NCBI GenBank assembly: GCA_020891255.1
Contig: BQFW01000002.1
Span: 744,001 to 808,000, forward strand
DNA: 64,000 bases
DNA from: Entomortierella parvispora E1425
Taxonomy: Eukaryota; Fungi; Mortierellomycota
Direction of reading: 5' to 3'
Shown here: piece after piece, positions 52,301 to 64,000 of the stretch
Layout: the number at the start of each line of letters is the position of its first letter
Numbering within the stretch: position 1 is the first letter of the stretch
Translations under genes and position numbers: made by a program
Notes under the pieces: model-generated
What the model was told of the DNA's origin: nothing
Databases searched by the model: none
Seen by the model: only the letters and a program-made list of their open reading frames with translations

Positions 52301-54189
52301 TGCTTAAAGGTTTGCAAAGACTTGAGGACTCACACAACTATTCGCTTTATTCCTTGTTCTTTTTAGATTTTCGAGCGTATTTCTGAATTCCCTTTCAACT
52401 CTGAGCAAAAGTTCATGCACGTTCGATGCGCTGTTATCCCTGGAGGTCAACACGGTCACAAGCAGACACCTGAACACGCCATTGACCCCACAAACGCCAC
52501 CGTGAGCCAGAGCGGATCCATGGGAACGTTTTACTTCAAGGGAGCCATCGAGCCAGTCTTGGAGCGGTGTGTCAACTATTACAGGAGTGAGGGCAACAGC
52601 GTTCTTTTTGACGTTGAGGCCAAGGATAGGGTCCTTGCTCAGGCTAACGAGATGGCTTCCCATGGTCTTCGCGTGCTTGCCATGGCCTTTGGAAATGACT
52701 TGGAGCGCCTGACCTTTGTCGGTATCGTCGCTATGCACGATCCTCCTCGTCCAGGCGTTGAAGACAGCATTCGCACCTTGGTGGGCAGTGGTGTCAAGGT
52801 GATCATGATTACAGGAGACGCCGGTAAGTTGGATACAAGTCAATGAGATATCTTGCGTCCGACGAATCAAAAACATACTCATCATTACGATGGTTCTATT
52901 CATTAGATGCTACTGCATTGTCCATTGCTCGACGCCTCGGATTCCCCCTCAATCCTGGCAAGGCATCTTGTATGACAGGAGCAGATATTGAAAGCATGAC
53001 AGAGAGACAACTTCAGGACGCCATAAGCAATATTTCTGTATTTGCCCGCACGACACCTAAACACAAGATGGCGATTGTTTCAGCTTTCCAAGCCAAGGGC
53101 TGCATTGTTGCCATGACGGGAGATGGCGTCAATGATGCTCCAGCTCTCAAGTTGGCCGACATTGGTATCTCCATGGGTCGGAGTGGCACAGACGTTGCCA
53201 AGGAAGCAGCAGATATGATTCTTGTTGATGACGACTTCTCGACTATTCTCGGAGCCGTGGAGGAAGGTAAAGACCCCTCTTGAAAGATGAAAAATGCAAT
53301 CACAAGGCAGGAATTTTGAAGCTGACCCCTTGCACACTATCCCATTAGGCAAATCTATTTTTTACAACATTCAAAACTTCTTGACATTCCAGCTCAGCAC
53401 AAGTGTCGCCGCACTGACACTGATCGCCATGGCGACTCTATTCGGACTGGACAATCCACTCAATGCCATGCAGATTCTCTGGATCAGTAAGTCTTCCTCA
53501 CCCCCTTTTTTATGGCGGGGATGGCCAATGTTTGGATCGTGGAAAGAAAGAAGAAAAAGAAAAATGCATTTCTGACTAATATTGTTGTTTTGCCATCCCC
53601 CCCCCCCCTAGATATTTTGATGGACGGACCACCAGCACAATCCTTGGGAGTAGAGCCTGTGGATGACGATGTGATGAAGAAGCCTCCAAGAGCACGCGAT
53701 GCAGCGATTCTCACGTCCCTTCTCTTGCGCCGTGTACTGACGTCGGCGATGATTATTGTGGCGGGCACGATGTTTGTGTATGTGCACGAGATGACCGACG
53801 GAAGCGTGACGGCGCGCGACACGACGATGACGTTCACGACTTTTGTGTTCTTTGACATGTTCAACGCGCTGGCGTGTCGATCGGAAAAGAAATCGATCTT
53901 TAGCATCGGGTTCACAACGAACAAGATGTTCAACTTTAGTGTATTGGGATCCATCCTGGGCCAGTTCTTTGTGATCTACATGCCCTTCTTCCAGACTGTG
54001 TTCCAGACCGAGGCTCTGACGTTCACGGACCTGTTGGGAATCACATTGTTGACAAGCACAGTCTTCTGGGCCGAGGAGGCACGCAAGTTCTTGGGGGCTC
54101 GGGAGAACCAAAAGATTCGGGGCCGTAATGTAGGACAGGGCTTCCGTCGCGTGGAAACTGAGGAAGGCGAGGCCTTTGAGATTGTGTAA
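49311..54189 (+). CDS. PMR1: Golgi Ca2+/Mn2+ P-type ATPase PMR1/SPCA; exons 49311-49601, 49712-49733, 50547-50628, 51304-51938, 52030-52274, 52367-52823, 52907-53266, 53349-53486, 53612-54189
   Basis: [36 protein letters not shown]|[33 protein letters not shown] and [11 protein letters not shown]. Confidence 0.96.
51253..51273. repeat. (GAT)n trinucleotide repeat in PMR1 intron 3
   Basis: Direct triplet run. Confidence 0.85.
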
Positions 54190-54765
54190 AGGCCTGACTA
54201 TATAGGCAACAAGCAACTATGGCAATCGTAGTAAAAACCCCCCAGAAAAAGGCGCTTTTGGAGCAGCGCAAGGTCGACTAGAAAACACCATTCGACACCA
54301 GTATTATTTTAATGTTCCAACAATAAAAAAATAAAAAAGCAAAGAACAAAGACAGAAGACGCGCGCCGTGTGAGTATTGAACATGAAGAGTGAAGAGTGA
54401 AGAGTGAATGAAGGGTGGCGAAAGAAGGACAGAGAAAAAGCGCGCACGGGCTGCCGTGTCTGTCCTGTGTCTGTTCGTGTCTGTGTGTCTGCCATTGTCT
54501 ATCTGCATGTGTGTCTGCAGATGTCCCCCTTCAGTTCCTTTGTTGCCTTGCCCCCCTGTTTGAGTGAACATGCGGTCTGTCTGCATGTCCCATGCGTGTT
54601 CCTCATTCCTCCCTTTCTTTCTTTCTCATTCTTTCTTTCTTTCTTTTCTTTCCTTTTCTTTCTTCCTTTCCCCTCCATTCCGTCCTCCATTCCTTCCTTC
54701 CACTCTTGTGAACTAGGAAGCCACGCCCTCTCGCTCAACGAACCTCCTCCACACAAGCCCAACCC

Positions 54766-57700
54766 ATGCCCTCCTCCCAAGGCCAGCTGCGCCAGCAAGC
54801 CCTGTGGCTGGCCCAACAATACCCGCCCTGGCTGATGTTGCACATGCTTCTGAAGCACCACCCCGCACTCTTCACCACTCTCCTCCTTGAAGAGCTGCTA
54901 TCGACTGACAGACCTACAGACCTAGGCCCCACATCCTCCAGTTCACAGTCCGCAGCCTCCAACCCTGTTTCCGCTCGCTCGACTTTTCTCGGTCCACCTC
55001 GGCCGTCTCCACCAGGTGGCAAGGCCCTGGCCTGCCTTTCTAGGATCCTGGTCCAACGTCTTCACTTTGGGTATTATGGCAACAACCAGACCCTGTCGGA
55101 ATCCGCGGTCCGGTACCTGACTGCAAGAGCACGGCTCAAATTTGGATATTTCGTCATTCGCGGGCGAGCCTTCTGGAACGTCTGTCAGGATGACCTAGAG
55201 CTCAATAGCTCCAGCAATACAGACTCGGCCTCCTCTCCTTCCAAGGGGAACGACCCTATGTCGACAAAGCTTGGAAAAGAGAGTCGTGATCGTCGGCACA
55301 GGACAGGGACACAGGAACAGAGTCTCTATTCAAACAAGGACGAAGAAATCATTGTCCTACCCGATGGTAGACTAGTCATCAGGAGTGGAAGTGGAAGTGG
55401 GAGCAACAATGGCAGTACAGAATCTATGTCCACTGTTCCGGATGCAGAGGAGCGGCAACTCAAGATCACAGCAGCGAGTGCACGGTGCGAGGAGCGGGAA
55501 GAGAAGCTGTTAATGCTGGAGGCGATTCGATACCTTTCTCGGACAGGGACAACCATAGTTGACGAGCTCTTCAATTTTACTCCTGAGGAGCCAGTATTCC
55601 AACGCGAGAGTACGGCTGCGGCACAGTACTGGTGTAAAGTTGCTATGACCAGCAGCATGGACACCAACGATCCTGACATGGAAGATTTGATCAAGACGCC
55701 GCCCTCGCCTTTCTTGAACAGAAGGGCTGACCGACATTGGATGCAGACACTTCAACGATACCGCCGTCCCAGCATCACACCAGGACGCCGCATCCCTCGG
55801 CATGAGCAACATGGCATGTCCATGATTCAGGATGACGCCCGGTTCTTCCAGACTGCCTCAGGCATCTTTGACGGTCTAGCCACATACCCGCGAAAGTCAA
55901 AGAAACCTATCCATAATATCATTGATGGGCCCTTGTCTCAATCCACAGAGACAATACGAAAACTGATTACAGAGTACAACTACATGCCCCTTCCAGAGGA
56001 TGAGCGGGACCGAAAGTTTCATTACAAAGGCGGAGACAGGACCCGGACTGACCCAACTCTGTCATTCCCCAGCGATGGAACCCATGCCGTGAGTCTACGG
56101 GATGTCAAAGGCCCAGGGACCTCGATATGGTATTTCTATGATCTACAGAGGATCGAGGTCATGGTTGTCTATCTGATGCACAGAGCGCCTGACATTTTGG
56201 ACTTGATGTTTGATCGAGGACTGAAGCTGGATGCAGATCTTGGAGAGATGAGTGTCTCCCCTTCGTTGTTGCTGGCGTGCTGCATGCCTGGATGTCATGC
56301 GATGGTCCGGCATCTTTATAGATCCTCGACGACGTCGCACCTGATGCCGGCTTCCTTGGTGGTCAAGATCATCAAGGAGGAGCTCCTGGGCTTTGGCAGG
56401 AAGCCGAAGCGGTTTGAATTTAAACGCGAGGACTTTGTTTCAGTGCTGCGAGGGGTGATTCCGGCCTACCTGAGTTATTTGCTGGAGGTCATGACAGATC
56501 TGGGGATGGACAACTCTGTGGTCCAGGATCGGCTCACAGAGGTCATCACTACACCGAGGGGTCCATGGCCTGACGACGTGGAGCAGGACGTTTTAAAGAT
56601 TTTGGTAAGAATATCTGGGTGTTTTTTTTTTTTTTTAATTTTTTTTAAGGATGGATGATGTCTATGTTGGTGAAAAGAATCGACATCCAGACTCACTGCT
56701 TGTATTTTGTAGTTTATCAAATCAGCCAAGGACAATACTCATCGGAGTCTGCTGGCTCGCAACGATAATTTTCACTTGAGCTTTCAAGAACACCTCGATG
56801 TTCAAGTGGACTTGAGTCAAGCATTGGATCGAGAGTGGCGACTGGGCTTTGAGGACGTGTTGAGGCAACTCAGGATGGGATCTCATTTGGTGCATACGGC
56901 TGTATCGCGCTGGGTCTATACCTCCTTCTCTCCAACAACGCCGGCGTTTCAGATTTGTTTTGACCACTCGCTACTAGAGGCGCTTGTGGGAATCCTTCGT
57001 TGGAATCAAAACCAGATCAAGCGCGTCCAACGGTGGGCTGGATCTCAGGAGCATGAGGCTAAAATCAAGAGTATCAAGACTGGACGCCAATGGGTAGAGA
57101 TCAAGAGGCACTTGATGGAAGCGCAGGGGTTGTGTCAGGAAGAGGAAAGCTACATGTTCATGGACGAGGACGACCGTGAATCGATGGATGAAAAGGGTCA
57201 TGCTGACAATGGGGAATGGATAAATCTGGACATTGAATGGGTCACGAACGAGCAGGTGGATGTAGCGACGGCAGCCAATGTCGCCAACCTGTCCAAAGGC
57301 AGTGATATGGTTCGACTTAGTGACGATGGTCATCTCTTGGTCGACAATGGATGCCTGGACCAGGGGCTCTTGCTCTGTGACCAAGGCAGGACTGGCGAAG
57401 ACAGCACGTTGGACTCGAATTTGGGCGTGCGCGACTTTTTGAGGAAGGGAGCCATCGTTCAGGAAAAGCACTTTATGTGGCTCGCACTGGGCTTGGTGAC
57501 AGAGTCTCTCCAGGGCACTGCAGTGACGGCGATTCGACAGACTTCGTTAAAGTCAAGGCGGCGGCGACCTTTAGAGCAACAGCCATCATGGGGATCCGGG
57601 AGAAGGAGCGGAAGAAATGTTGGGGTCGATGGAGATGACAATGGCGGGGGCGAAGAAGATGGCGGGTCTTTTTCCGAGCCCGTCCTCTGCTCGATCCCCT

Positions 57701-58164
57701 TCAAATTGGCCTGTTCACCCGAGGCTTATCAGCTTGTGTGGATGTTGGCATTGGCCTATGTTCGACAGTCGATGGCGGCAGATGAGGCTCGTAGGGCGGC
57801 CATGGAGACCCCGCGGCTCAAGAGTATGATGATGGAAGCAGACGACTCCTCCACGACGATTGCAGTATCGGCAGCGCTGGCGTCTATGGCAGCGACAACC
57901 ACATTTGCATACCTAGAAATGGATCTGGACGGATCCTTGGAACCCCTGGCACCACAGCCCACCATGGAGGAACTCTTCCCCCCTAGTCCAAATCCAGTGT
58001 CAAAGTCACTGACATGCTATGGAAGATTGAGGGCACTGCAAAAGCACCTTGTGGAGAATCTTGGACCAGGAGCGCAGCTGATGGCTGATATTCTATCCGA
58101 GATTGAGCTCGATGTCGAGGAGATGGCGATGCTGGCCACAGTGGACCAGGAGCATGAGCAATAA
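54766..58164 (+). CDS. Hypothetical ~1100-aa protein; exons 54766-56604, 56713-58164
   Basis: Two long ORFs joined in phase by a GT-AG intron at 56605-56712. No family recognised. Confidence 0.8.
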
Positions 58165-58483
58165 AAAGAAGATGAAAGGTGGATAGAATAGAGCAAAGAC
58201 GCGTGGAGTATCCTTCTCCAGACCTCCTTGCAGGGGCACGGTCCGCATTCCCCTCTTTGGGTCATCACCGAGGGAGCGCCAATGGGATGGGGAATGGAGG
58301 CAGTCACTTCTCGCTCGCTACAAGCCCATTCTTCTCGCTCTCTTTCATCACTCATCTCTATCCTCATCCCCATCCCCTTGCTTGCCTGTCTGGTCCCCTG
58401 GAAGCGTTGGTCCCCGTCCCCATCCCCGTCATCTCTTCATCCAGACCATCTCCCCTCCTGCCTTCCCTTCTCTTTCGACTCTG

Positions 58484-60826
58484 ATGAAGTCCCATTCCTT
58501 TGGCATCCCTCTCGTCGCGACCCTTGCCCTGAGTCTTGCAGTGGCCCAGGCCACGGCCAGCGCTGGAACTGCCTCTCCTCCCCGAGGCGTGTCGCCCTCC
58601 AGTATGGCCATTGCCCTCTATTCACTGTTCTCTTTTTTTTATTTCAACTTTTTTATTTTTCTAAAATCGATCGACTGATGAATCCTCGGTAAATTTTGAG
58701 TAGAGGCCAACCTTTACGTGCCTGATAGATCCAGCCAGTGGAAATGCTTGGATGGTTCAAAGACGATCCCCTTTAATGCTGTCAATGACGATTACTGCGA
58801 TTGCCCTGACGGTTCAGATGAACCAGGTAGGATCCCCCTTCCCCTGAATGGACTTTGTGATAATTGTGCGACGCCTAGGGGGACAGATATTCACCCATGG
58901 TTCCTTTTTTTTTTTTGGAAACTCTTAGGAACTTCGGCATGCGGCACTGGACACTTCCATTGTGCCAACGTGGGCCATGTGGCCTCGGATATCAAATCTT
59001 CCCGTGTCAATGACGGTGTCTGCGATCCAGAATGCTGTGACGGAAGTGACGAGTACAATGGAGCGATCCACTGTCCGAACGTGTGTGACGAGGTCGGAGC
59101 CGAGGCTGGTTTGGAACGGGAAAGGGTTCGAGCCATCGAGGCGGAAGGAAGTCGGTTACGAAAGGTTTATATCGAACATGGTCAGAACACCAAGTTGCAA
59201 TGGACGGAGGACTTGTTTGGGTTGCGGGAAAGAACAACCACCGTCAAGAAGGAGGCCACAAAGGCTAAAGGTATGTCAAAAAGAAAAAAAAGAAAATTCT
59301 TTGTCTCTTGTTGTTCAAAGAACCACGAATCTGTTTAGCTTGAGACTCATTACCTTGTTTGCTATTAGAACAATTGGATTTGGCCAACGAGGAATTGGAC
59401 AAGTTCTTGGAGGGATCCAAGGCGACTCGGGAGGCTGAGCGTAGAGCTCAGCTGAAGCCATATCTGGAGCAACAAACTCAACGCTTGATTCGTGTCAAGG
59501 AATCCAAGGCCTTCCTTGAAAAGGCTCTTCAGGATCTCAAGGAGAACTACAACAAGAACTATCACGACTTGGCTGTCAAGAACACGGTTTCTGGATTTGA
59601 TGAGCTTATGGGCACAGGGACCGTAGGAGATCAGGAAGTCGAGGAGACTGAGGAGACTGTTGCAGCTACTGAGGAATACCAGCCCCCGACGGCGGATCAG
59701 GCATTAGAGGGAGAGCAGTCTCCTGACAGACAGTTCTCGGCCCTTCAGGACGAGTCTTATTCGATTCAGCGCGAGATTGGGCGTCTTCATGACTTGCTGG
59801 TCGGCATGAAGCACGAGTACAACACAGAGTATAATGATGAGGCAGTCCTGAAGGCCATCCAGATTGCAGATGACTTTGAAGTCGAGTGGGATACCAGCTT
59901 GAATGAGTTCAAGGGCGAACTTCCTATTGATATCCCAGTCGAAGATTCGGACGACGGACCCGAAGCGGAGAAGTTTAAAGCAGGTATGAAGAGCTTTACT
60001 GTGCGCAGAAGTAGAAAAAGACTCGAAAGATCCAAGGTTATTGACTTGAATGTTTTTATTTTTTGAATCTGATATAGTGGCTGATGAAAAGCAGTCGGCG
60101 TTTGACTCGGCTTCGGAAGAGCAGCGCGTGGTCGAGGAGAAGATCCGGGACATTGAAAAGAAGCAGCGCGTGGATTTCGGACCTGATGGCACCTTTGTGA
60201 GAATGATGGACGAGTGCTTTGAGTTCAAGGATATCGAGTAAGATCCGAAATGCGATTTTGTTCAGAAAAAAACGTGGAGGAGGCATGGCCTTTGTTTTTG
60301 TATGTTTTGGTCTCCTTTCATTAATAATGATCTTGCTGGTTCTCTTTCCAGGTACACGTATTCGCTCTGCATGTTTGGATCTGCAAACCAAAAATCCCAC
60401 TCTACAACATTTCTCGGGTAAGAGAACTTGGATTTGCATTTATATGTCCACTCCTCCCCTTCCTTCTTTTGAAAATGGAAAAACTGATTCTCGGATGACT
60501 TTTTGCGTTATTTATTTCTTTTTAGAAAATTCTCCAACTGGGTCGGAGACGATTACAACACCCAGATGTACACGGGAGGAACAAAGTGCTGGAATGGACC
60601 CGATCGCTCCGTCAAGCTGATCATGACCTGCGGCACCGTCAACGAGATTGTCTCTGTGGCTGAGCCTGAGAAGTGTGAATACGTCTTCAAGATGCAGACA
60701 CCCGCTGTCTGCGCTGTTCTGGACGATGCCGTGTCGAACGAGGAGGAAAGATCTTCAGAGGAGTCTGTCCCTCCCACGTCCAATGTGGAGCCAGAAGTAG
60801 AGGTCAAGAAGCGTGATGAACTATAG
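58484..60826 (+). CDS. GTB1: Glucosidase II beta subunit (PRKCSH); exons 58484-58601, 58703-58826, 58929-59270, 59369-59983, 60078-60237, 60352-60417, 60526-60826
   Basis: Signal peptide, LDLa-like CLDGSKTI..VNDDYCDCPDGSDEPGTSAC, VNDGVCDPECCDGSDE, coiled coil, MRH domain (GTKCWNGPDRS..EPEKCEY) and C-terminal RDEL. Confidence 0.95.
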
Positions 60827-60989
60827 ATTTTTTTTTTGCAATTTTCCAGAAATGAAGCAAAATCAAAAACCATTTACATACAGACGTATGTTTCCCTTCC
60901 ACCATCTCACAAAGGACCAAGAGCTGCAGGATGAACAAAAGCTGATATCGGTATATTTTCTAGACTACTTTTTTTTCCCCCAATGGTAT

Positions 60990-63672
60990 CTAAACCACAA
61001 TATCACCATAGACTTTGGAGTATCTTCCCAAGGCCCAGATGGTAAAGATGTGCTTGTAGTTGCCGTACGAGATGGAGCAAGAGTGGTTAAAGATGCCCTC
61101 GATGGCCTCCTGCTTCCACTGTCCATCAGGTTGCTGACGGTCCATGATCATCTTGACTCCGCGACGGATCGCCTCCTGGTTCGGGCACTTGGCAGCCATC
61201 AAGGCCATCAAAGCCCAAGAGGTCTGAACCACCTGGGTCTCGTCATGCTCCACATAGCGATGCTGCTCGCACGACTTGTAAGATTCGCCCCAACCACCGT
61301 CCGCTCTCTGCTTCGACAACAAGAACTCGCAGGCCTTTCGGACGGGTTCGCTGTTCTCATAGGACTGGCCGACGCTGGACAGACTCTCGCAGGCAAACAT
61401 GGTGGCATAGGTAAAGCAAATAGCCCAAGAGCCGTACCAGGAACCGTCTGCGCGCTGGTCCTTCAAGATAAAGCCCACAGCGCGCTCAATGGTGCTGTCA
61501 ATCTCTTCCCGACGGTAATCGGGTCGCTGCTCTCTAAAGTAGGTCAAACCGAGGACACAGGCGGTGGAGCACTCGGGGTAGCAGTACTCGATCATGATGT
61601 TGCCAAAGACCTCGGCGGGGTTGATCAGCTCAAGCCATTGAGGTCCGCGCACACTTTCGTAACTGGCAAAGCCTCCGTTCTTGTTCTGCATGGCCAAGAC
61701 AATGTCGACGGCCTGCTTCATGCGCTCGGTCGAGACACGCTCCTTGGTGTAGCTAAAAAGTTTGTTTTGTAATGACACAACAGCTATTAGGCTATATTCT
61801 TTTCTATAACAAGGGGAAGGAAGGGTCGAGATCATTTTCTTACCTGAGCTTTTGCAACAACAGAACGGCCTTGAGACCCTCAGAGGTACAGTCCGAGACG
61901 GTGTAGCCCTGGAACTTGTTGCTGAAGGGCCAAGCTCCCAAGGTGGGATCACGCCAACCTTCCTTCATGAAAGGAGGGTTCTTCTTGATCTGGCAATCAT
62001 CCAAGAACATGAGACCCTTGTTCATAGAGTCGTGGTTCTGCTTCTCCTGAGCCAATCCAGATTCGATCACACCCTGGATCAACAATGCCGTATCCCAAAG
62101 TTGAGAACCGTTGGTACCGTTCATCATCATACCCTCGCTCGACATCCTGCGAACAAAAAGAGAGGAAGAGTCACAGTTATTATCAGGTGATTCAGCTTGC
62201 GGATGAAATTCAGGGGGCTTCTTCTGACATCCTGCCTTACCACATAAAGTCAATGTTGTTTTTGGCATGCATCTTGAAAGCGTCCGAGTCAGGACCCTCC
62301 TCGTAAAAGACAGACAACATGTTCATCATCTTGTTGACAGGACCAATGTCCAGATAGTGCGTGTTCTCATCCTCGTACTTGACCTGGGCATAGGCAGCCC
62401 TCAAGGCCTGGGTGCGGATCAAAGTCCTGGACGTGATCTTTTCGATACCGACCAAACCTCCGTTCAAAAAGTTCAAGAGACGGGTATGAGGGTAGTATTC
62501 ATCGGCTTTGCAAATGTTGTTTCTCTGCTGGTGCCAAGGGATCGAGTCGTAAGACTGGGTATACAATTCCTCACGCAATTGACGGGTCAGATCGTCCAGT
62601 GGTGCTGTGGCCTGACGGCCGTAGAGGTAACTCATGGGAATGTACACGTTACGGGTGTGGCACCAGTAACGGGCTGGGTGGATGGGGAGGAAATGAGGCA
62701 ACAACCAGAGCTCTGGGGGCACAGGGTTCATGCCCTCCCAGTCATACACGCCCAAGGTCGCCATCCAGAACTTGCCCCAGGAAGGTGATCCAGTAGCGCC
62801 ACCTGCATTGAAATAAATTGACGTTCGAGTCAGTCAAAGTGTCTAACGGGGAAAGGAAGGGAAAAAAAAGACAACAGCGAAATGTGGACGTTACCGAGCT
62901 TGTGAAGAGTTCCGCGAGCCTTGACACAGACGGGGTGCTCAGCATCGACACCCAAGAGACGAAGGGCAACATAGTTGAGGGCCGTTCCAAAGACGGTCGA
63001 GTGTCCCTCGATGTGCCTAATGAAATGGAGAAATGTGCTCAACACAAATATTAAGAACGGATTCAGGAAAAGAAAGTCAAACCGAGTTCCTGTAGAAGAG
63101 TCTCCGTTCGACTTACAATCCCCAGCCGCCATCGTCCTTGTGGGCACGGTTGAACAGGTACTGAATGATCTCCTGGCCCCACCCCTCGGGCATCTTGGCC
63201 TTTGTGATATAGTAGGTAATGACAAGACCAGGCAACAAGAACATGGGTCCACCATATTCTCCTGACCAAAAGCCCTCCTCGTTCTGAAGACGCTTAAAAA
63301 ACTCGAATCCGTTTCTGGCAGACTCGAGCGCCGTCTTGGCCTTTGGTAGTTGTGGAGCATCCTGAGAGTGTTTTCAAACAAAAGGGGGGGATGATGGGTA
63401 AGTTCAACGTTTGGTTTGGTCCATGGATCCGATGATTCGAATTAAAAGTACGGAATCGATCAAATATCATTTTTCACATGAAAAAGTGTCCCACTGCAAA
63501 GGAGCGTTACCAAGGGAAGACCGAGCCAGTACTTTTCAATGTCAGTCTGGGGGTTGGCCTTGTGCTCTTGTTCGCTCAGGTAGTGCCAGGTCTGTCGGCC
63601 TTCGTCGGCTCTCAGTCGCCAGCGGGTCCTGTCCGTTGGGAGATGGGTTGTTTTGATGGCAGAGCCAGGCAT
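60990..63672 (-). CDS. ERG7: Lanosterol synthase (2,3-oxidosqualene cyclase); exons 63672-63511, 63361-63117, 63016-62895, 62802-62241, 62146-61844, 61752-60990
   Basis: [28 protein letters not shown], catalytic DCTSE, and QW repeats ([28 protein letters not shown]). Confidence 0.96.
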
Positions 63673-64000
63673 TGCAGAAGGAAATGAGGACAAAAGCGAA
63701 AAGGAGAGGGAGAGGGATACAAAGACGAGTACGGTCGGTACGAGAGTGAAGGAATGAAACCAAGGAAGGACTGAAGAGTGGAGAATGCGAGAGATGAATG
63801 GACTGATGAATGAATGAATGAACAAAGAGAAGGAACAGAAAGAAAGGAGACAGAGTGCCACCAATTTATAGAATTCATAGGACCTAATTAGAGTGGCCTG
63901 ATTTTTTGGGTTCCCACTGGTGGAGGTCGGATGTTCGCTCTCTGGAGGACACAGGCCACCCGAACCTGTTTATGTCGTCGGTTGTGTTTGTTTGTTTGTT

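Overview
Gene-dense, intron-rich eukaryotic (fungal) genomic DNA. The gene style (GT-AG introns, CT-rich leaders, polyQ/polyS tracts, animal-like retained families) suggests an early-diverging fungus, probably Mortierellaceae (inference). I can support 19 protein-coding genes, mostly multi-exon and rebuilt by hand from splice signals. In order they are: PacC/Rim101 zinc-finger TF; dysbindin (BLOC-1) homolog; Fpk1/Nrc-2 AGC kinase; ACAD8-type acyl-CoA dehydrogenase; Amun-like HhH protein; class I cAMP phosphodiesterase with an N-terminal receiver domain; a 1371-aa Q/S-rich orphan; SCP2-type thiolase; Chk1; ISWI; a 275-aa hypothetical; animal/ciliate-type glutamate dehydrogenase; a 3xKH RNA-binding protein; a single-pass membrane protein; PMR1; a ~1100-aa orphan; glucosidase II beta; and lanosterol synthase. 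No rRNA, tRNA, CRISPR array or transposon was recognised. The best candidate for an under-described system is the phosphodiesterase. Once spliced, it carries a split response-regulator receiver domain that keeps the Asp, Thr and Lys-Pro signature residues. This is the Dictyostelium RegA architecture and would link His-Asp phosphorelay directly to cAMP turnover in a fungus. All homology calls come from motif recognition and recalled reference sequences, not from database searches.
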